DNA from: Octopus vulgaris
Lineage: Eukaryota
Direction: 5' to 3'
Assembly: GCA_951406725.2 (NCBI GenBank)
Contig: OX597826.1
Span: 32,798,001 to 32,862,000 of the forward strand
Length of the DNA: 64,000 bases
The position numbers and the translations under genes were made by a program. The notes under the pieces are model-generated. The model was not told the origin of the DNA. It ran no database searches and saw nothing but the letters and a program-made list of their open reading frames with translations. Positions within the stretch are counted from its first letter, which is position 1, and each line of letters starts with the position of its first letter. Below, one piece after another: positions 11,837 through 26,060 of the stretch.

Positions 11837-14157
11837 TATAAAAGAAGATACTTGACAGAATGCTTAGCAGCATTTTTTCTGGCCTTATCTTTTGAGTTCA
11901 AATTCCATTGGAGGTCGACTTTGCTTTTTATCTTTATTAGGGTTGATAAAAATATACCCGTTAAATAATGAGGTTGATATCATTGATTATACTTCTCCTC
12001 TGAAATTTCAAGCCTCATGCCAATTGTAGAAATAATGAAATTATAAATGTTACCATAGGGTACCAAAATATGTACCAGTTATATACAGTGGGTCTATATT
12101 AAAATACCAACTATACAAACGACTTGACATGTGTCATGTGAAATCAATATTTCAAATGAAATGATAAACGAAACTTTTTAATCATTTCTGTGAAAATATA
12201 TTCATTTTTCTTTGCATTTTTGTAATCCTGTTTTTTTTTTGTGTAGATATTTTTGTATTTTTGCAATTTCGTGGTTTTGTGATTTTTAAAACAAAATTGT
12301 TTTGCATTTTTGAGATTTTCTATTTTATGCAATTGTTTTGTGTTTTTGTAATTTAAGAATCGAGAGAAAAAAATACAAAAAAGAAAAAGCAAAACAAAAA
12401 TAAAGAGAAAAGATTAAAGAAAAGAAGTTAGAAAGAAATAAAAGTTATAAGAATAATAAAAAGTGTTTCTCCAACCAGTTACAATATGGAACCATTTGTT
12501 TCAAAACAAGCTTGTCTTACAAACTAAACATACAACTATACTTTGCTATGATGTTGCCTGAAGTCAAAACCGAGGGAGGGATACGTTTCTGCAAAAAACT
12601 AAAATAAATAAACTCAATTGGGTGTACAAGACATGCTTAATAGTTTTAGATTTCAAGGGTTCGTCTCCGATCATTCATGGTAAAAAAAAAGAAAAAAAGT
12701 ATAAAAAAAATGAAAATGAAAATAAAGAAACAGCAACAAATATTTGCTGTAATTGAATCGTATTCACAACTTGTTTTTAACTTGGAGATGAGACATGGCA
12801 GCCGATAGCGGTTCTCGAATGTAAACAGTTTTACTGGAATCACCTTCTGGTCAAAGATACCTGTAATAACTTAAAGAGAAAAAGAGAGCTATACAGGGAG
12901 TGGAAGAGAGAGAAAGAGAGCAATAGGGGAGTGAGAAAGAGAGAGATAAGTGTGGAATGGTACAAACAACAAAAGGCATTGGTTTATTTTCACATGAGAA
13001 AAAGAGAGGTCAATGAAAGTAGGAAAAGACTGGCAAGCTATGACAATAAACAAAATGTAACACTTGGAGATATGTACATAAACATTTTTAGTAGATGCAA
13101 AGATTTAGGTAGAAACATAAATGTTTGGAGGTTGAAGGGTTTAAATGTCTTTGAGTGTGGGCATTATATTTAGGCATGGATGGGTGTATGTTTGGATGTA
13201 GACACACACATGCATACAAATATACATACATAAACACGTACATCAATACATGCATAAACATACATTAATACAAGCATAAACACATACATTAATACATATA
13301 TATATACATGCATCATACATAAACACAGACTTGTATATATGTGTGTGTGCATGTGTGTGTGTGCTTGTGGATATGTGCATTTATATGTGTGTGTGTGAAA
13401 ATGTGTATGTGTGTGTTTGTGTATAAAGAGACACAATATGTATATCATACACGCATTTACCTCACTTTCTGTCTTTTGCCTCATTCTGCATACACTCATA
13501 CATATACACAACATGTATGCTTACTTACATACATACACACATACACCTCTCTCTCTCTATATATATATATATATATGTACACATGTATATATATATGTAT
13601 ATATATATGTATATATATATATACATGTATATGTGTGTGAGTATATATATATAATATACAAATGTGTGTATGTGCATGCATGTGTATGCGCCCACTCACA
13701 TACATTTATATATATGATATATAGTTATATAAATATATGTGCATAATGTATGTGTGTATATATACACACCACATACATATATGTACACATACTCACGCAT
13801 GTGCACACACACACACACACACACACACAAATATATACATATATATTGATTTTCGCACACATTTTAATATAAATAAATAGAACTCTAAGCCAGCTGTCTT
13901 TTGAAAAAAAAAAATGGTAAATAAACAAAAAACCGAAACAAGAAAAACCCTTTTGTTCTTTACCATATGTTGTTCAATCTACACCAAAATATTGTTTTTT
14001 GGTAAAATTCCTGACTTTGTGCCATTTATTTGCTTCAGCATCAAGTCAACAATGATAAATACAGGCAGAGATTTCAAAGAACTACTAGCATGAAATATGG
14101 TTTGTATGTTAGAATTTCTGAATAAATTTTTATATTTTATTATAATTAATTATTGCC

Positions 14158-14218
<61 letters not shown>

Positions 14219-14248
14219 GTAGTAGTAGTAGTAGTAGTGTAAATTATA

Positions 14249-14358
<110 letters not shown>

Positions 14359-14359
14359 C

Positions 14360-14602
14360 GGGAGGGCCACATCTCTGTCATCCTACCTCCTACTTTTTTT
14401 TTATTGTACCTCTGTATGCTATGCATGTCTCCTCTTTCCCAATGTATATCGTGGATATTTTTTATAATTTTACTTTTTTTATATTTTACTTAGAAAATCT
14501 TTATTTATTTATTATTTCATTATTATTTGTAAACCCCCACACTTTATGACTCTCTCTGTATTGTCCCCCACATCTTTCGCCCTCGTGGCAAATAAATGAA
14601 AA
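14360..14602 (+). mobile_element. Probable LINE 3' UTR relic embedded in (ATT)n
   Basis: Ends ttgtcccccacatctttcgccctcgtggcaaataaa; a near-identical end occurs at 10416-10452; flanked by (ATT)n on both sides. Confidence 0.45.
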
Positions 14603-14991
14603 CATTATTATTATTATTATTATCATTATTATTATTATTGTTGTTGTTGTTGTTGTTGTTATTCTCATCATCATCATCACCATCACCTTCATCATCATCT
14701 TTATTTGATGCTCTCATACATCAATGTAAAATTTTGATGGATAAAGTTTTGGATTTCCCCAATCGTTGTTTGTAGAATTTGCATCTCACTTTGTAAAACT
14801 CTTTGTTGTATTTCGGTGGAAGATAAACTTCATTTTATTTGCTTCAGCTGAGTTTACAACAAAATAAGTGCAAGATTCTGTGATATGGGTTGGGTTGAGG
14901 AAGTTACTAGAAACAATCTAGGATTTCTTTTTCTGTAGTCACCACTTTTTAGAAGGTAGAAGGTTTGGGCAAAACAAATCATACTGTCTCT

Positions 14992-15395
14992 CATCATCAT
15001 CATCATTTAGCATCCGCTTTCCATGCTGGCATGGGTTGGGCGGTGCAACTGGGTTCTGGGAAGCCAGAAGGCTGCACCAGGCCCAGTCTGATCTGGCAAT
15101 GTTTCTATGGCTGGATGCCCTTCCAAACGCCAACCACTCCATGAGTGTAGTGGGTGTTTTTTACATGCCACCGGCACAGGTGCCAGACAAGGCTGGCAAA
15201 CGGCCACGATTGGATGGTGCTTTTTACGTGCCACTGGCACGGAAGCCAGTCAGGGCGGCCTTGGCAACGGCCACGTTCGGATGGTTCTCTTATGTGCCAC
15301 CAGCACTGGTATCACAGCTACAATTTCCATTCATGTTGATCGATTTTGATTTTTGATTTTTTGATTTTCACTTGCCTCAACAGGTCTTCACAAGT
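14992..15395 (-). mobile_element. Non-autonomous RTE-tailed element with ~60-bp internal repeats
   Basis: Reverse complement of gagtggttggcgtt.ggaagggcatccagc...aacccatgccagcatggaaagcgga.g.taaa(tga)n, the tail shared with the RTE at 45800-48195. Confidence 0.85.
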
Positions 15396-15406
15396 AGGGT
15401 TTTGTG

Positions 15407-15438
<32 letters not shown>

Positions 15439-15439
15439 C

Positions 15440-15499
<60 letters not shown>

Positions 15500-15503
15500 T
15501 ATG

Positions 15504-15549
<46 letters not shown>

Positions 15550-15630
15550 ATATATAATATATCTTACATAATATATACATACATATGTGTGTGCATGTGT
15601 ATAGATAAATAGCTTATATTTATATAAGTA

Positions 15631-16001
15631 TTCTTTTACTCTTTTACTTATTTCAGTCATTTGACTGTGGCCATGCTGGAGCACTGCCGTTTAGTTGAGC
15701 AAATCGACTCCAGGATTTATTCTTTGTAAACCTAGTACTTATTCTATCAGTCTCTTTTTCTGAACCGCTAAGTTACAGGTACATAAACACACCACCATCG
15801 GTTGTCAAGTGATGCTGCTGGGATAAACACAGACAAACAAACATATACATACACATACATATATACATATATACGACAGGCTTCTTTCAGTTTCCATCTA
15901 CCAAATCCACTCACAAGGTTTTGGTTGGCCCGAAGCTATAGTAGAAGACCACTTGCCCAAGATGTCACACAGTGCGACTGAACCCAGGATCATGTGGTTG
16001 A
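15631..16001 (-). mobile_element. SINE family 1
   Basis: Reverse complement of the 44061-44470 element. Confidence 0.85.
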
Positions 16002-16039
16002 GCATATAGAAATGTATATGTATTTTCCATATATATATA

Positions 16040-16173
<134 letters not shown>

Positions 16174-16213
16174 CAGACAGATAGATAGACAGATAGATAG
16201 GTAGATAGATAAG

Positions 16214-16266
<53 letters not shown>

Positions 16267-16689
16267 GCATAGTTAGCTATAGTTTACTGTTCACTTGTTC
16301 ACAGGATCGACGAAATCGTACACAATCATGTAAAAGATAAGTATCATTTAATGAATACAGGAATTATATATGAGCTTCTTCAAGCTTCATGCTGGGATAG
16401 TGTTGTAATCAGACAAGCTTGTACAGTGTACTATGCATGATCTAGCAATCATTCAAGTTCAAATGACATGGATACTCTATAAGGAAATGAGAGAAAAAAG
16501 AAATGAGAAAAATGACAAGAAACGAGATGAAAATGTTAGGGAAAAGTAGGATAAAAATTATGTATGCTTAATTCATTAATGAAGAATATTGTTGATTTTG
16601 AATGATTATATCTAAAAAACAAAAAAAAAATTATGCCTAGTGAGGATTGTCAAATAGTAGAAAGGTTAAAGTGTGTTAAAATATGTATC

Positions 16690-17378
16690 TAATCTGGTGG
16701 GGAATGGAGACATTTTCCAATTCAATAACAGAAACTTGTTGAGATGAATACATCTTGTAGAGTGTTTTTTATTGCACCATTCTTTTCATGGTGAAAGATA
16801 TTAATTCAAATTAAATTAAAGATGGTTGGGTTTAAGGAAAACCTGATATCTGAGGAGAAATTTCAGAATGGAATGCTTATGTGTGTACAAGTATTAGACT
16901 AGCTAGAGGAAGATAGTGTTAGAAAACAGACTAAAGAAGTTTGAAATAATAACATGATGAACTACAAAATTAAATGAATGTGTTTAACTGGGAGGTGCTG
17001 TCAATTGAGGTACCACCTAGTGAAGATTGTTGATAATAATGTTTGATTATAAAGCATTGGTATAGAGATAATTTCTGGAAGGCTTACAAGGGATTTGCAA
17101 CTATTAAATGCCAAATATCAGTAAGCCATTTAAGGAGTGAATGATGATAACATGCAGTGAATGGATATATGAGAAGAATTGCACATAAAATAAGGTCCCT
17201 TGTAGGCTTCATCAGGGCCTCTGATTTGTGAATGGATTGTTAATTGATCAGAGGAAATATAAAAGCTCGTATCATTATCAAATCATTCAGGAAATATGGT
17301 ATTACAAATTCATTTGATTGGATAGAAGATGGATATCTGTGTGACTATGATAATGAAGAATCAGTAACTAATGAGTAA
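16690..17378 (+). pseudogene. Highly decayed pogo-family (POGK/Tigger-like) DDE transposase
   Basis: MVGFKENLISEEKFQNGMLMCVQ..*LEED....KEV*; IISGRLTRDLQLLNA..ISKPFKE (compare IPGGLT..LQPLDV.INKPFK); IIIKSFRKYGITNSFDWIEDGYL (compare I.KSFKKCGISN.LDG.EDD.L). Confidence 0.7.
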
Positions 17379-17674
17379 ATCATAATTATTCATCACTAAT
17401 AACGAAGAAAATTAACACAATGATAACATACATCTTGAATATTAGAATGGTTTACTCTGTGATGTAAGTGATGTATAGTGTTGACATTGCTGGACTCTAT
17501 AAAGGCTTAATGTGTGTTAGCATATTTATTCTTAATATGTCTAAGCAGCAGGTTAAGACAAGGAACTAGCAGAACTGTTTGTATGCTGGGCAAAATGCTT
17601 AGTGGTATTTTGTCTGTCTTTATGTTCTGAGTTCAAATTCTGCCGAGGTCAACTTTGCCTTCATACGTTTTGGA

Positions 17675-17842
17675 CCCTCAGGATAAAAGCTTCATCACCA
17701 ATGGCATCCAAGCACTGCAACGCTGGTGAAAGAAGTGTGTGAACTGCAAGCAATGGGGGCTATAAGGAAAAATAAACTTCATTTGTTCACATTCCATGAG
17801 AGTATTTTGGTCAGCCTATGAACTTTTCAGCTGACTTGTGTA
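17675..17842 (+). mobile_element. Mariner 3' end (last codons plus TIR)
   Basis: PQDKSFITNGIQALQRW*KKCVNCK, then gaacttttcagctgac..gta. Confidence 0.65.
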
Positions 17843-17927
17843 TGCTAGCACATTTGCATATTTGGGGCCTGAACATGCTGAGACCTATTAAGAAAGAATA
17901 AATATATTCAAATTTTTTTTTTCTTTT

Positions 17928-18126
17928 CTGCTCTAGGCACAAAGCCCGAAATTTTGGGGGAGGAGGCGAGTCGATTAAATCAACTTCAGATGCAACTGCT
18001 ACTTAATTTATCGACCCCAAAAAGATGAAGTCAACCTCAGCAGAATTTGAACTCGGAACATGAAGACAAATGAAATAATGCTAAGCATTTTGCCCAGTGT
18101 GCTAGCATTTCTGCCAGGTCACCAGC
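17928..18126 (-). mobile_element. SINE family 2
   Basis: Reverse complement of the family 2 head, centre and tail. Confidence 0.75.
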
Positions 18127-18776
18127 TTAATAAATATAGAGATATTCACCTCAGATATCAATGCATATGGTACAGAGAACGATTTTATAATAAATTTTTA
18201 AGATGGTCATATCTGGCCCAAATAACCTACTTGCTTTATGTTCAAACTAGCTTGACCTGGCCTGTCACAACTAGCCTGAAACGTCATTCTTGAGGTAAAC
18301 AATCTCACCATTAACATCTCAAAGCTATGAGATAATGCATGGCAAATTCAAAACAATGATGAATAAAGAAGCATCACATTTGACAGAGTAATTTGAACAT
18401 TATAGAGTTACCATTTGCATTATAATTGTATTTTAAAACTATATGAAAACTTATACTTTAGATGTGTACATAAAAATAAAGCTTATGAATTCATTTTCAT
18501 ATACTGATACCATAATTTTGGTTCTAATGTTTATAGCCTTAGACTACATCAGCTTCCCTAATTAGAATTTAAAATTCTGTACCTATAGAAAAACTGTAAT
18601 GAGCATGTCCTTAATATAGGTTACCAATCAAGAATAATGGAGAATAATAAAGAAGAAGAGTAAATCTTCTTATGAGCCACAGGGCTATACTTACTTAGCA
18701 GAGCATGTGTTTTAGTGCATATATTGGGTAATTACTGGTATTATTATTATTATTACTGTTATTATTATTATTACTG

Positions 18777-18813
<37 letters not shown>

Positions 18814-18839
18814 TGTTATCATCATCATCATCTTAATCA

Positions 18840-19615
18840 ACGGTTGCACCAGGCTCCAATCTGGTCTGGAAGAGTTTCTACAGCTGGATGCCCTTCCTAA
18901 TGCCAACCACTCCAAGAGTGAAGTGGGTGCCATTTATATGCCAGCGGCACAGGAACCAGTAAGGTGGGATTCACACCAATCACATTCGGATGGTGCTTTT
19001 TATCAGCCACTGACACAAGAGCCAGTCAGGGGGTACTGGCATCGGACACAATTGGTTGGCGCTTTTTACGTGCCACCCGCACGGGAGCAAGTAGGGCAGG
19101 CCTGGCAACAAACATGTTCAGATGGTGCTTTTTATGTGCCACTGGCACAGGAGTCAACCAGGGGGCACTGGCTCCAGCTACGTTATTGGTTTTACTTGAC
19201 TCAACAGGTCTTCTCAAGCATATCATATTGCCTGACACATCAGGAGTATTCTTAACAGGGCTGGACATGTGTGGCTGTGATCTCACTTTAGTTGCTGGGT
19301 CTTCTCAATCACAGCTTATCTCCAAATGTTCTGGTCTCCTGCCATTGCCTCTGTGAAGCCCAATCTTTGAAGGTCATGCTTCACCACCTCATCCCATGTC
19401 TTCCTGGTTCTACTTCTTCCACAGGTTCCTTCAACTGTTAGGGAGTGGCACTTCCTCACACAGCTGTCTTCATTCATATGTAACACATGATCATACCAGC
19501 ACAGTCACATCTCTTGCACACCACATTTGAGGTTTCTTATGCCCAACTTTTCTCTCAGGTCACTTACAATATGTCGTATATGCACACTGATGTTACACAT
19601 CCAGTGGATCATACT
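18840..19615 (-). mobile_element. 5'-truncated RTE LINE (end of ORF2 plus repeat-containing 3' UTR)
   Basis: IHWMCNISVH...LREKLGIR...KTWDEVVKHDL, the same family as 47400-47780; about five ~55-60-bp UTR repeats. Confidence 0.85.
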
Positions 19616-19832
19616 ATTATTATTATTATTTGGCAGAAACGTTAGCAAGCCGGGTGAAATGCTTAGCAGTATTTCATCTGTCGTCACGTTCTGAGTTCAA
19701 ATTCCGCCAAAGTCGACTTTGCCTTTCATCCTTACGGGGTCGGTAAAATAAGTACCAGTTGTGTACTGGGGTTGATCAACTTGACTGGCTTCCTCCCCCA
19801 AAATTTCGGGCCTTGTGCCTAGTGTAGAAAAG

Positions 19833-19885
<53 letters not shown>

Positions 19886-19890
19886 TATTA

Positions 19891-19921
19891 TTCAAGTTTG
19901 ATTCCAGGCAGTGACCTGAAA

Positions 19922-20004
<83 letters not shown>

Positions 20005-20181
20005 CAACATTGAAAAATACCTTAGGAATGAGAACCCAGGTTCGAAATTTCCCCAAGACACCTGATGAAGGCTGGAGGATATATCAGCCAAAATGTTGTG
20101 TTAACAACAAACAAGATGAGGACAAATATCCGTCAAATGTAAATAATGTAAATAATTCCTCATCTCTTAACTATAGAACTG
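19891..20181 (+). mobile_element. HHR-bearing short element, family A (head truncated)
   Basis: gtttgattcc B-box-like motif, (AAT)n, ggttcgaaatttcccc, HHR, then the 3' end ...ctcttaactatagaactg. Confidence 0.8.
20057..20102 (+). ncRNA. Minimal type-I hammerhead (family A)
   Basis: gacac-CTGATGA-a-ggctg(gaggatatat)cagcc-AAAA-TG-TT-gtgtt. The sister copy at 24933-24970 retains cagcc-GAAA; differences from CCGAAACGTT are CpG-type transitions. Confidence 0.75.
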
Positions 20182-20504
20182 AATTAAAATGTTTATAAAA
20201 CTTACTTACCCTGTATAGAGTATTCAGGGTAAATGTAGCTTATAGTGTTTTCAAGGCCAGCAAATTTAGGGGAGGGGTAAGTTGATTATATCGACCCCAG
20301 TGTTCAACTGGTACTTATTTTGTTGATTCTGAAATGAAGAAAAGTAAGGTCAGCCATGACGGAATTTGAACTCAGAACATAAAGACTAAGTCAACCATGG
20401 CAGAATTTGAACTCAGAAAGTAAAGGCAGCCAAAATACCATTAAGCCTCTTGCCTGAATGCTAACGATTATACCAGCTCATCACTCTAAACGTAACTTAG
20501 TACC

Positions 20505-20668
20505 CACTATACTCTCAGAGTGGTTGGCGTTAGGAAGGGCATCCAGCTGTAGAAACATTGCCAGATCAGATTGGAGCCTGGTGCAGCCTTCTAGTTCACC
20601 AGTTCTCAGTCAAACTGTCCCACCCATGCCAGCATGGAAAACTGACATTAAACGATGATGATGATGAG
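20505..20668 (+). mobile_element. RTE 3' tail fragment
   Basis: gagtggttggcgttaggaagggcatccagctgtagaaac...aaacgatgatgatg. Confidence 0.85.
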
Positions 20669-21179
20669 TAATAATCATTAATTTGTTCATTTCTTGGTTA
20701 GAACTTCAAAGATAGTCTTCCCTAATTCTTGGATAGTTTCAAATATCTTCTGTTCTATCACCTATTAAGTACCACTTCAGGAAATTAGCCATCTTCTCAT
20801 CGTTTCTTTCATAACATCTTCAGTTCATCTCTTTGTGAAGAGCCATTAACACTATCCTCTTCTCGTTAACTAGTATTTGCTAATTACAAACCCCGATAAA
20901 AGTTTCTTGATTCTACAGAAGCTTAATCTGAGAATGACTGATCACTGCAAAAGATATCCATGCCACTTGGTGGGGGTGGGGGGTTAGTAGGAATATGGTA
21001 GGGGTTGGTGAAGGGGTCAGGTATTTGATGAAGGTAAAGGGCAGCAAGTGTTTGATAGGGGAGGGTGGCAGGGGATTGGTAAGCAGGTGCATAAGGAGGC
21101 TGGTAGTGACCAGGTGATGGGTGGTGGGTGTATGATGAGGGAGGTGGTTAGAAAGTGTACTATGGGGACTGTAAGTGAC

Positions 21180-21260
21180 AGGTACATGTTTAGTTTGCAG
21201 GTGGCGGATGAGTTTCATGTTGGACAGCATCTTTCCCATGCAACTGGCAATTAGAACTAC
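21180..21260 (-). pseudogene. Possible BED zinc-finger relic of a hAT (Charlie/Buster-like) transposase
   Basis: C...GKMLSNMKLIRHLQTKH resembles CxxC..LSN..KL.RHL.TKH; a hAT-like terminus (cagtgtttcttgacc) lies at 21311. Confidence 0.35.
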
Positions 21261-21444
21261 AGATCTAGACAGTCTTAACAGACCAAGCCAGGATACAACA
21301 GATTCTTGATCAGTGTTTCTTGACCAAAGTCCATATGTCCCTTGGGGTTCTATATGAACCCTTGGGAGTATTTATGACCCTTGGATCTCCATATAAGGTT
21401 TTGTTGCTAAAATTTATGAGCAATAAATCATCATATTCATCACC

Positions 21445-21484
21445 ATCATCATTGTCATGATAATGATGATGATGATGGTGATGA

Positions 21485-21518
<34 letters not shown>

Positions 21519-21540
21519 GATGATGATGATGATGATGATG

Positions 21541-21620
<80 letters not shown>

Positions 21621-21708
21621 GGTGATGATAGTGTTTCTGGTGGAGATAGTGATAATGAAAATGATGATGACAAAGACAATGATGATGATGATGACAATGA
21701 TGATGATA

Positions 21709-21746
<38 letters not shown>

Positions 21747-21880
21747 AATGATGATGATGAACATGATGGTAATGATATTTGTGGTGGTGATGTTGATGAT
21801 GATGTCGATGACGACGACGACGATGACAATGATGGTGGTGATGATCATCATGGTGTTGGTGGTGCTGGTGGTTATGGTGA
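21445..21880. repeat. Long degenerate (GAT)n tract
   Basis: Visible directly; source of the poly-M/I/S ORFs. Confidence 0.95.
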
Positions 21881-24843
21881 TTCTTGGATTAAAGATGTGT
21901 TCGAACCAAAATGTCCATGTGGTTACTGTCAACAGACCAATGTACATTAATTTTCGAGTGGAATAAATCATTTACTGATGTCAACTTAGGCAGACACATT
22001 GATTCCATCTGATATCAGTTGATGCGTATCAATTAAACCACTACTTCTTGTGGAAGCACCATCTGGTGTCTTTGAATTCCAGCTGTTTTCACAGCGATGC
22101 TAATTCTTGGATGACACATTCAGTTCATTTATTGTTCACTGTTTATGGAGAAATGAGGTCCACTCTGGGAAGAAAAGACAAAATACATGAAAAAGTTCGT
22201 TTTTTTTCACATATTTTTTCTTATTTGGTCAAAGTATAAATTCTCTGCTTTGGCTAAACCATTTTCTTTGGGGAAATTCTTCATAGTTCTTGTACTGTTT
22301 GTCTTTTTCTTGAGCTGTCAGACTGTCTAGCAATCAAAAACTCTGAAATATTCTTTATGCAACATTCTTTCAATAATCTGAAGAGTGTTGGATTGTGAGA
22401 ATACAAGACAAGCCTTCATTTATTTTTTTTAAAAAAGAGTTCTTTTCTAAAATGATCCCCTTTTTTCCCTAAAAAATTCTGCTGATAAAAGAATACAATT
22501 AAAAATAAAAATCAATATAAAGAATTTCAGAAATTCTTTCTCCTCCACCGACCAAATGTTATAGCTTGTAGAATTGAGGAAAATTTCAAAAATAAAAAAT
22601 TCTCTCATACTTGCTAGTTTTCCTTTTATAAGCTGTTGTCTTTCAATAATAGGGTATGAAAAAATGCAAAAGAACACAAAAAAAGAAAAAAAAAAAGAAA
22701 GGAAGAGAGGAAAAAGAAAGAGGAAAGGAAATTGGTTAAAATGGTTCTAGTCTGAAATACTTCATAATTTTTAGTGTCATCATTCCAGATTTTGAATCAA
22801 AATTAATCAATAACTGCATGAAAACTGAAACAAAACATGTCTTTTCCTTCTTTTTAAACTTAGAATGGAATGCGTGAAGAATTGATTCCTCTTTTTTGAT
22901 GAACTGCAGAATAGATTCTCAGAATAATAAGTGCCATCACTCATTACACAAAGTGTTTTATCCAGAATCGAGAATTCCTGCCTCTGCTTCATCGGTAACA
23001 GAATAATAAGCTGTTCTTTGTTGGTTTTAAAATATTGGTTAAAAAAATCGCTAGAAAAATCCCTCTCCTTGTCATTTGAGAATTCTCTTGACATTTACCT
23101 GCCTCTGTAAATCTAGCCACTAAGCTACTTCTCACCTGTGTTTAATCAATTTCTGCAAGAAAAATACAACTATCCAGTGACCATTATATTGCGTTTACCT
23201 GTGTAGTGGGAAGGAAGAGGTGTAGAGAGGTTTACTGAGTTAATGAGTTGTATCTTTGTTCTTTTTGTCTTTCTTTTACCTGTCTTAACCTAAAACCATC
23301 AACGGTACCACCTGCATCAGCACCACCACTAATACCATCGCCACTCTTACCACCACTACCACAATCACTCATCAGCACCCATCACCTACAAACAATAGTA
23401 ACTACATGCCATTATTATGAATGCTATCATCACCACCATCATCATCATCATCATCATCATCATCGTCGTTGTCTTCGTCGTCATCATCATCATCATCATC
23501 ATCATCACACCACCAGCACCATTGTATTCATAATAATTTATGTCACCTTTGTCCTTGTCATGGTTGTCCCGTTGTCATCATCATATCATCATCATCATTG
23601 TCATCATCATCCCCTCTTCCTCTACATCATCATTATCATGATGATGATGATGATCATCATCATCATCATTATCATCATCAACCCCATTCAGTTTAATCTC
23701 TGATTTCTTAAAAAAGACACAAATTGGATATTTCTTCCTTTCCTTCTATTCTTAATCAAAGAAGAAGAATAATTAAACAGAAATTCTTTCAAAAAAATTT
23801 AAAAAATGAAAAAACAAATGTCCTCCAACCTTACACCATTCTTACCAAAAAAAAAATTGCAAAAGAAAACAATTAATGAAGGTGTAAATTTTTCTTACTT
23901 TTTTTTTACCGGATTAATCAACAGGAATAAAATCTGAAGAACTGAAAAACTAAAAAGGAAAAGGAAGAAAAAAAACATGTAAAAACTAGACGGAATAAGG
24001 GAAGTTCTTTTTTTTTCAATTTCTGAAAGGTACTTTTAAATAGGGTCAGATAAAAATGCAATTAACAAAAAGTGGGATGAAAAAAACCCTCCCAAAACTG
24101 ACAAAAAAACAAAACAAAAAAAAAACAAACAAACAAACAAAAGATATTCACCGCCATCCCTCATCATAAAACCATAAATGGATTATTTCAAGAAGGTAGC
24201 TAGAGTCAATCAGTGTCAAATGTTGGCGGCAATTCTTCTACCTGAAGATTTATTTCAGGAATTCTAAATCCTTGATCAATTTGTCCAGGATGTCAGTTGA
24301 TGACATTTTAAAACCGATATTTACACCCTCACCCAAACAAACAAAATTTACACTTACTTGTTTAGCAACTACAAAGACCAGCTTCGTTTTTGTAAGCAGT
24401 GGAACAGAGACATTCACTGAATGCTCTCTCACTGTTAGTTTCTTTCTTTTTGTCTTTCTTTCATCTAATGGAACTGCTGTAACTATATCATTTACTTTAG
24501 GTACAAACTTGTTATCAGTAGAAATATGCTTGAGGCTTATTCAAACCTCTAAATTGTAATTTATCAAAGAGAAAATTTCAGTGGAATTGTGCTTTAAGGA
24601 CTCCATTTAAACTCTAAACCAAACTTTTTTTTATTTTGGGGGGGAATTTTCAGAAAATTTTCGAGAATTTATGTTCTATACATAGGAATTCATATGATTA
24701 TGTAAAACAACTACAACAAAAAACTTGTGCATGATTTAAGGGCTATTTAGCTGTAACTTTTAACACATCTCACGACCACCTCACATTCGCTTTGCTTGTT
24801 TGCCAGTCTGACATATTGATGTTTCTCAATATCATTCTCACCA

Positions 24844-24970
24844 TTCTATATTTAAGAGATGAGGAATTATGTACATTATTTACATTATTTACATTATTTA
24901 ATTTGACAGATATTTGTCCTCATCTTGTTGTTGTTAACACAATGTTTCGGCTGATATAACCTTCAGCCTT
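24844..24970 (-). mobile_element. HHR-bearing family A, 3' fragment
   Basis: Minus strand: aaggctgaaggttatatcagccGAAAcattgtgttaacaacaac...atctcttaaatatagaa. Confidence 0.8.
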
Positions 24971-25131
24971 ATATATATGTATGTATGTATGTATATGTAT
25001 ATATATATATACACATACACATAACTATATACATACACATGTGCACACACATGCACACACACATGCACACACACGCACATATACACAAGCACATACACAT
25101 TCATGTACATGTGCACACACACACACACACA

Positions 25132-25172
<41 letters not shown>

Positions 25173-26060
25173 ACCCACACACACAAACACACACGTGCAA
25201 TATAATATAATATAATATAATATAATTTATATTAATCTTTTGACTGCAGAATTCAATTTCATAGTCATTCCCATAATAATGTTAATTATCCACCAAACAA
25301 CAGAATTGATATTTTCTGGTTCTGCAAAATTTTTTCAGTGTCTCTTGTAGAAAATAGTTTTCATATCTACCACAAGAAATATTTGATTACTGCTCAGTGA
25401 AGAGATATTTTACCAAAAAAAAAAAAGTGTAATAATTGCAAAAAATCTGTAAAATTGTCTTTTGGAAAAAGTATCACTGGGGCTGCCTCTACTTCTCAAA
25501 GTATAAGGAGACGTTTTTGCCATTGTTTTTTGTTATTAAAACTACAGCTTTCTGCACTTGACAGTAATAAAACTTGAATGATTATTTCCAATTTCCACAA
25601 TGCAAAGGCTTAACTAATCCTGAAATATTATAGTGACTTCAATTCACTTTAAATTATTGTTATTGTTTCTAAACACAATCACATGAAACATCAAGTGGTA
25701 CCAGAAACAAAACAACAACAACAAAACCGAAACAAAAAAAAACAAGGAAAATTTGCACACAAAAAGGAACCAGACACAGGAGGCTGGTTATGTGGTTAAG
25801 AACATTAGCTTTGTTACAATGTGGTGTTGGGTTCAGTCTCATTGCACAGCACCTTGAGCAAGTATCTCCTCAAATAGCACAGGACTGAATGATACTTTGT
25901 GAGTATATTTAATATATGGGAAGCTGTGTAGGGTCTGTTGTAACATATATATATATATACATATGTATATATATATATTTATATATATATGTGCATGTGT
26001 GTGTGTATTTATATATATATATATGTGTGTATATAACTATGTATATATATATATATGTAT

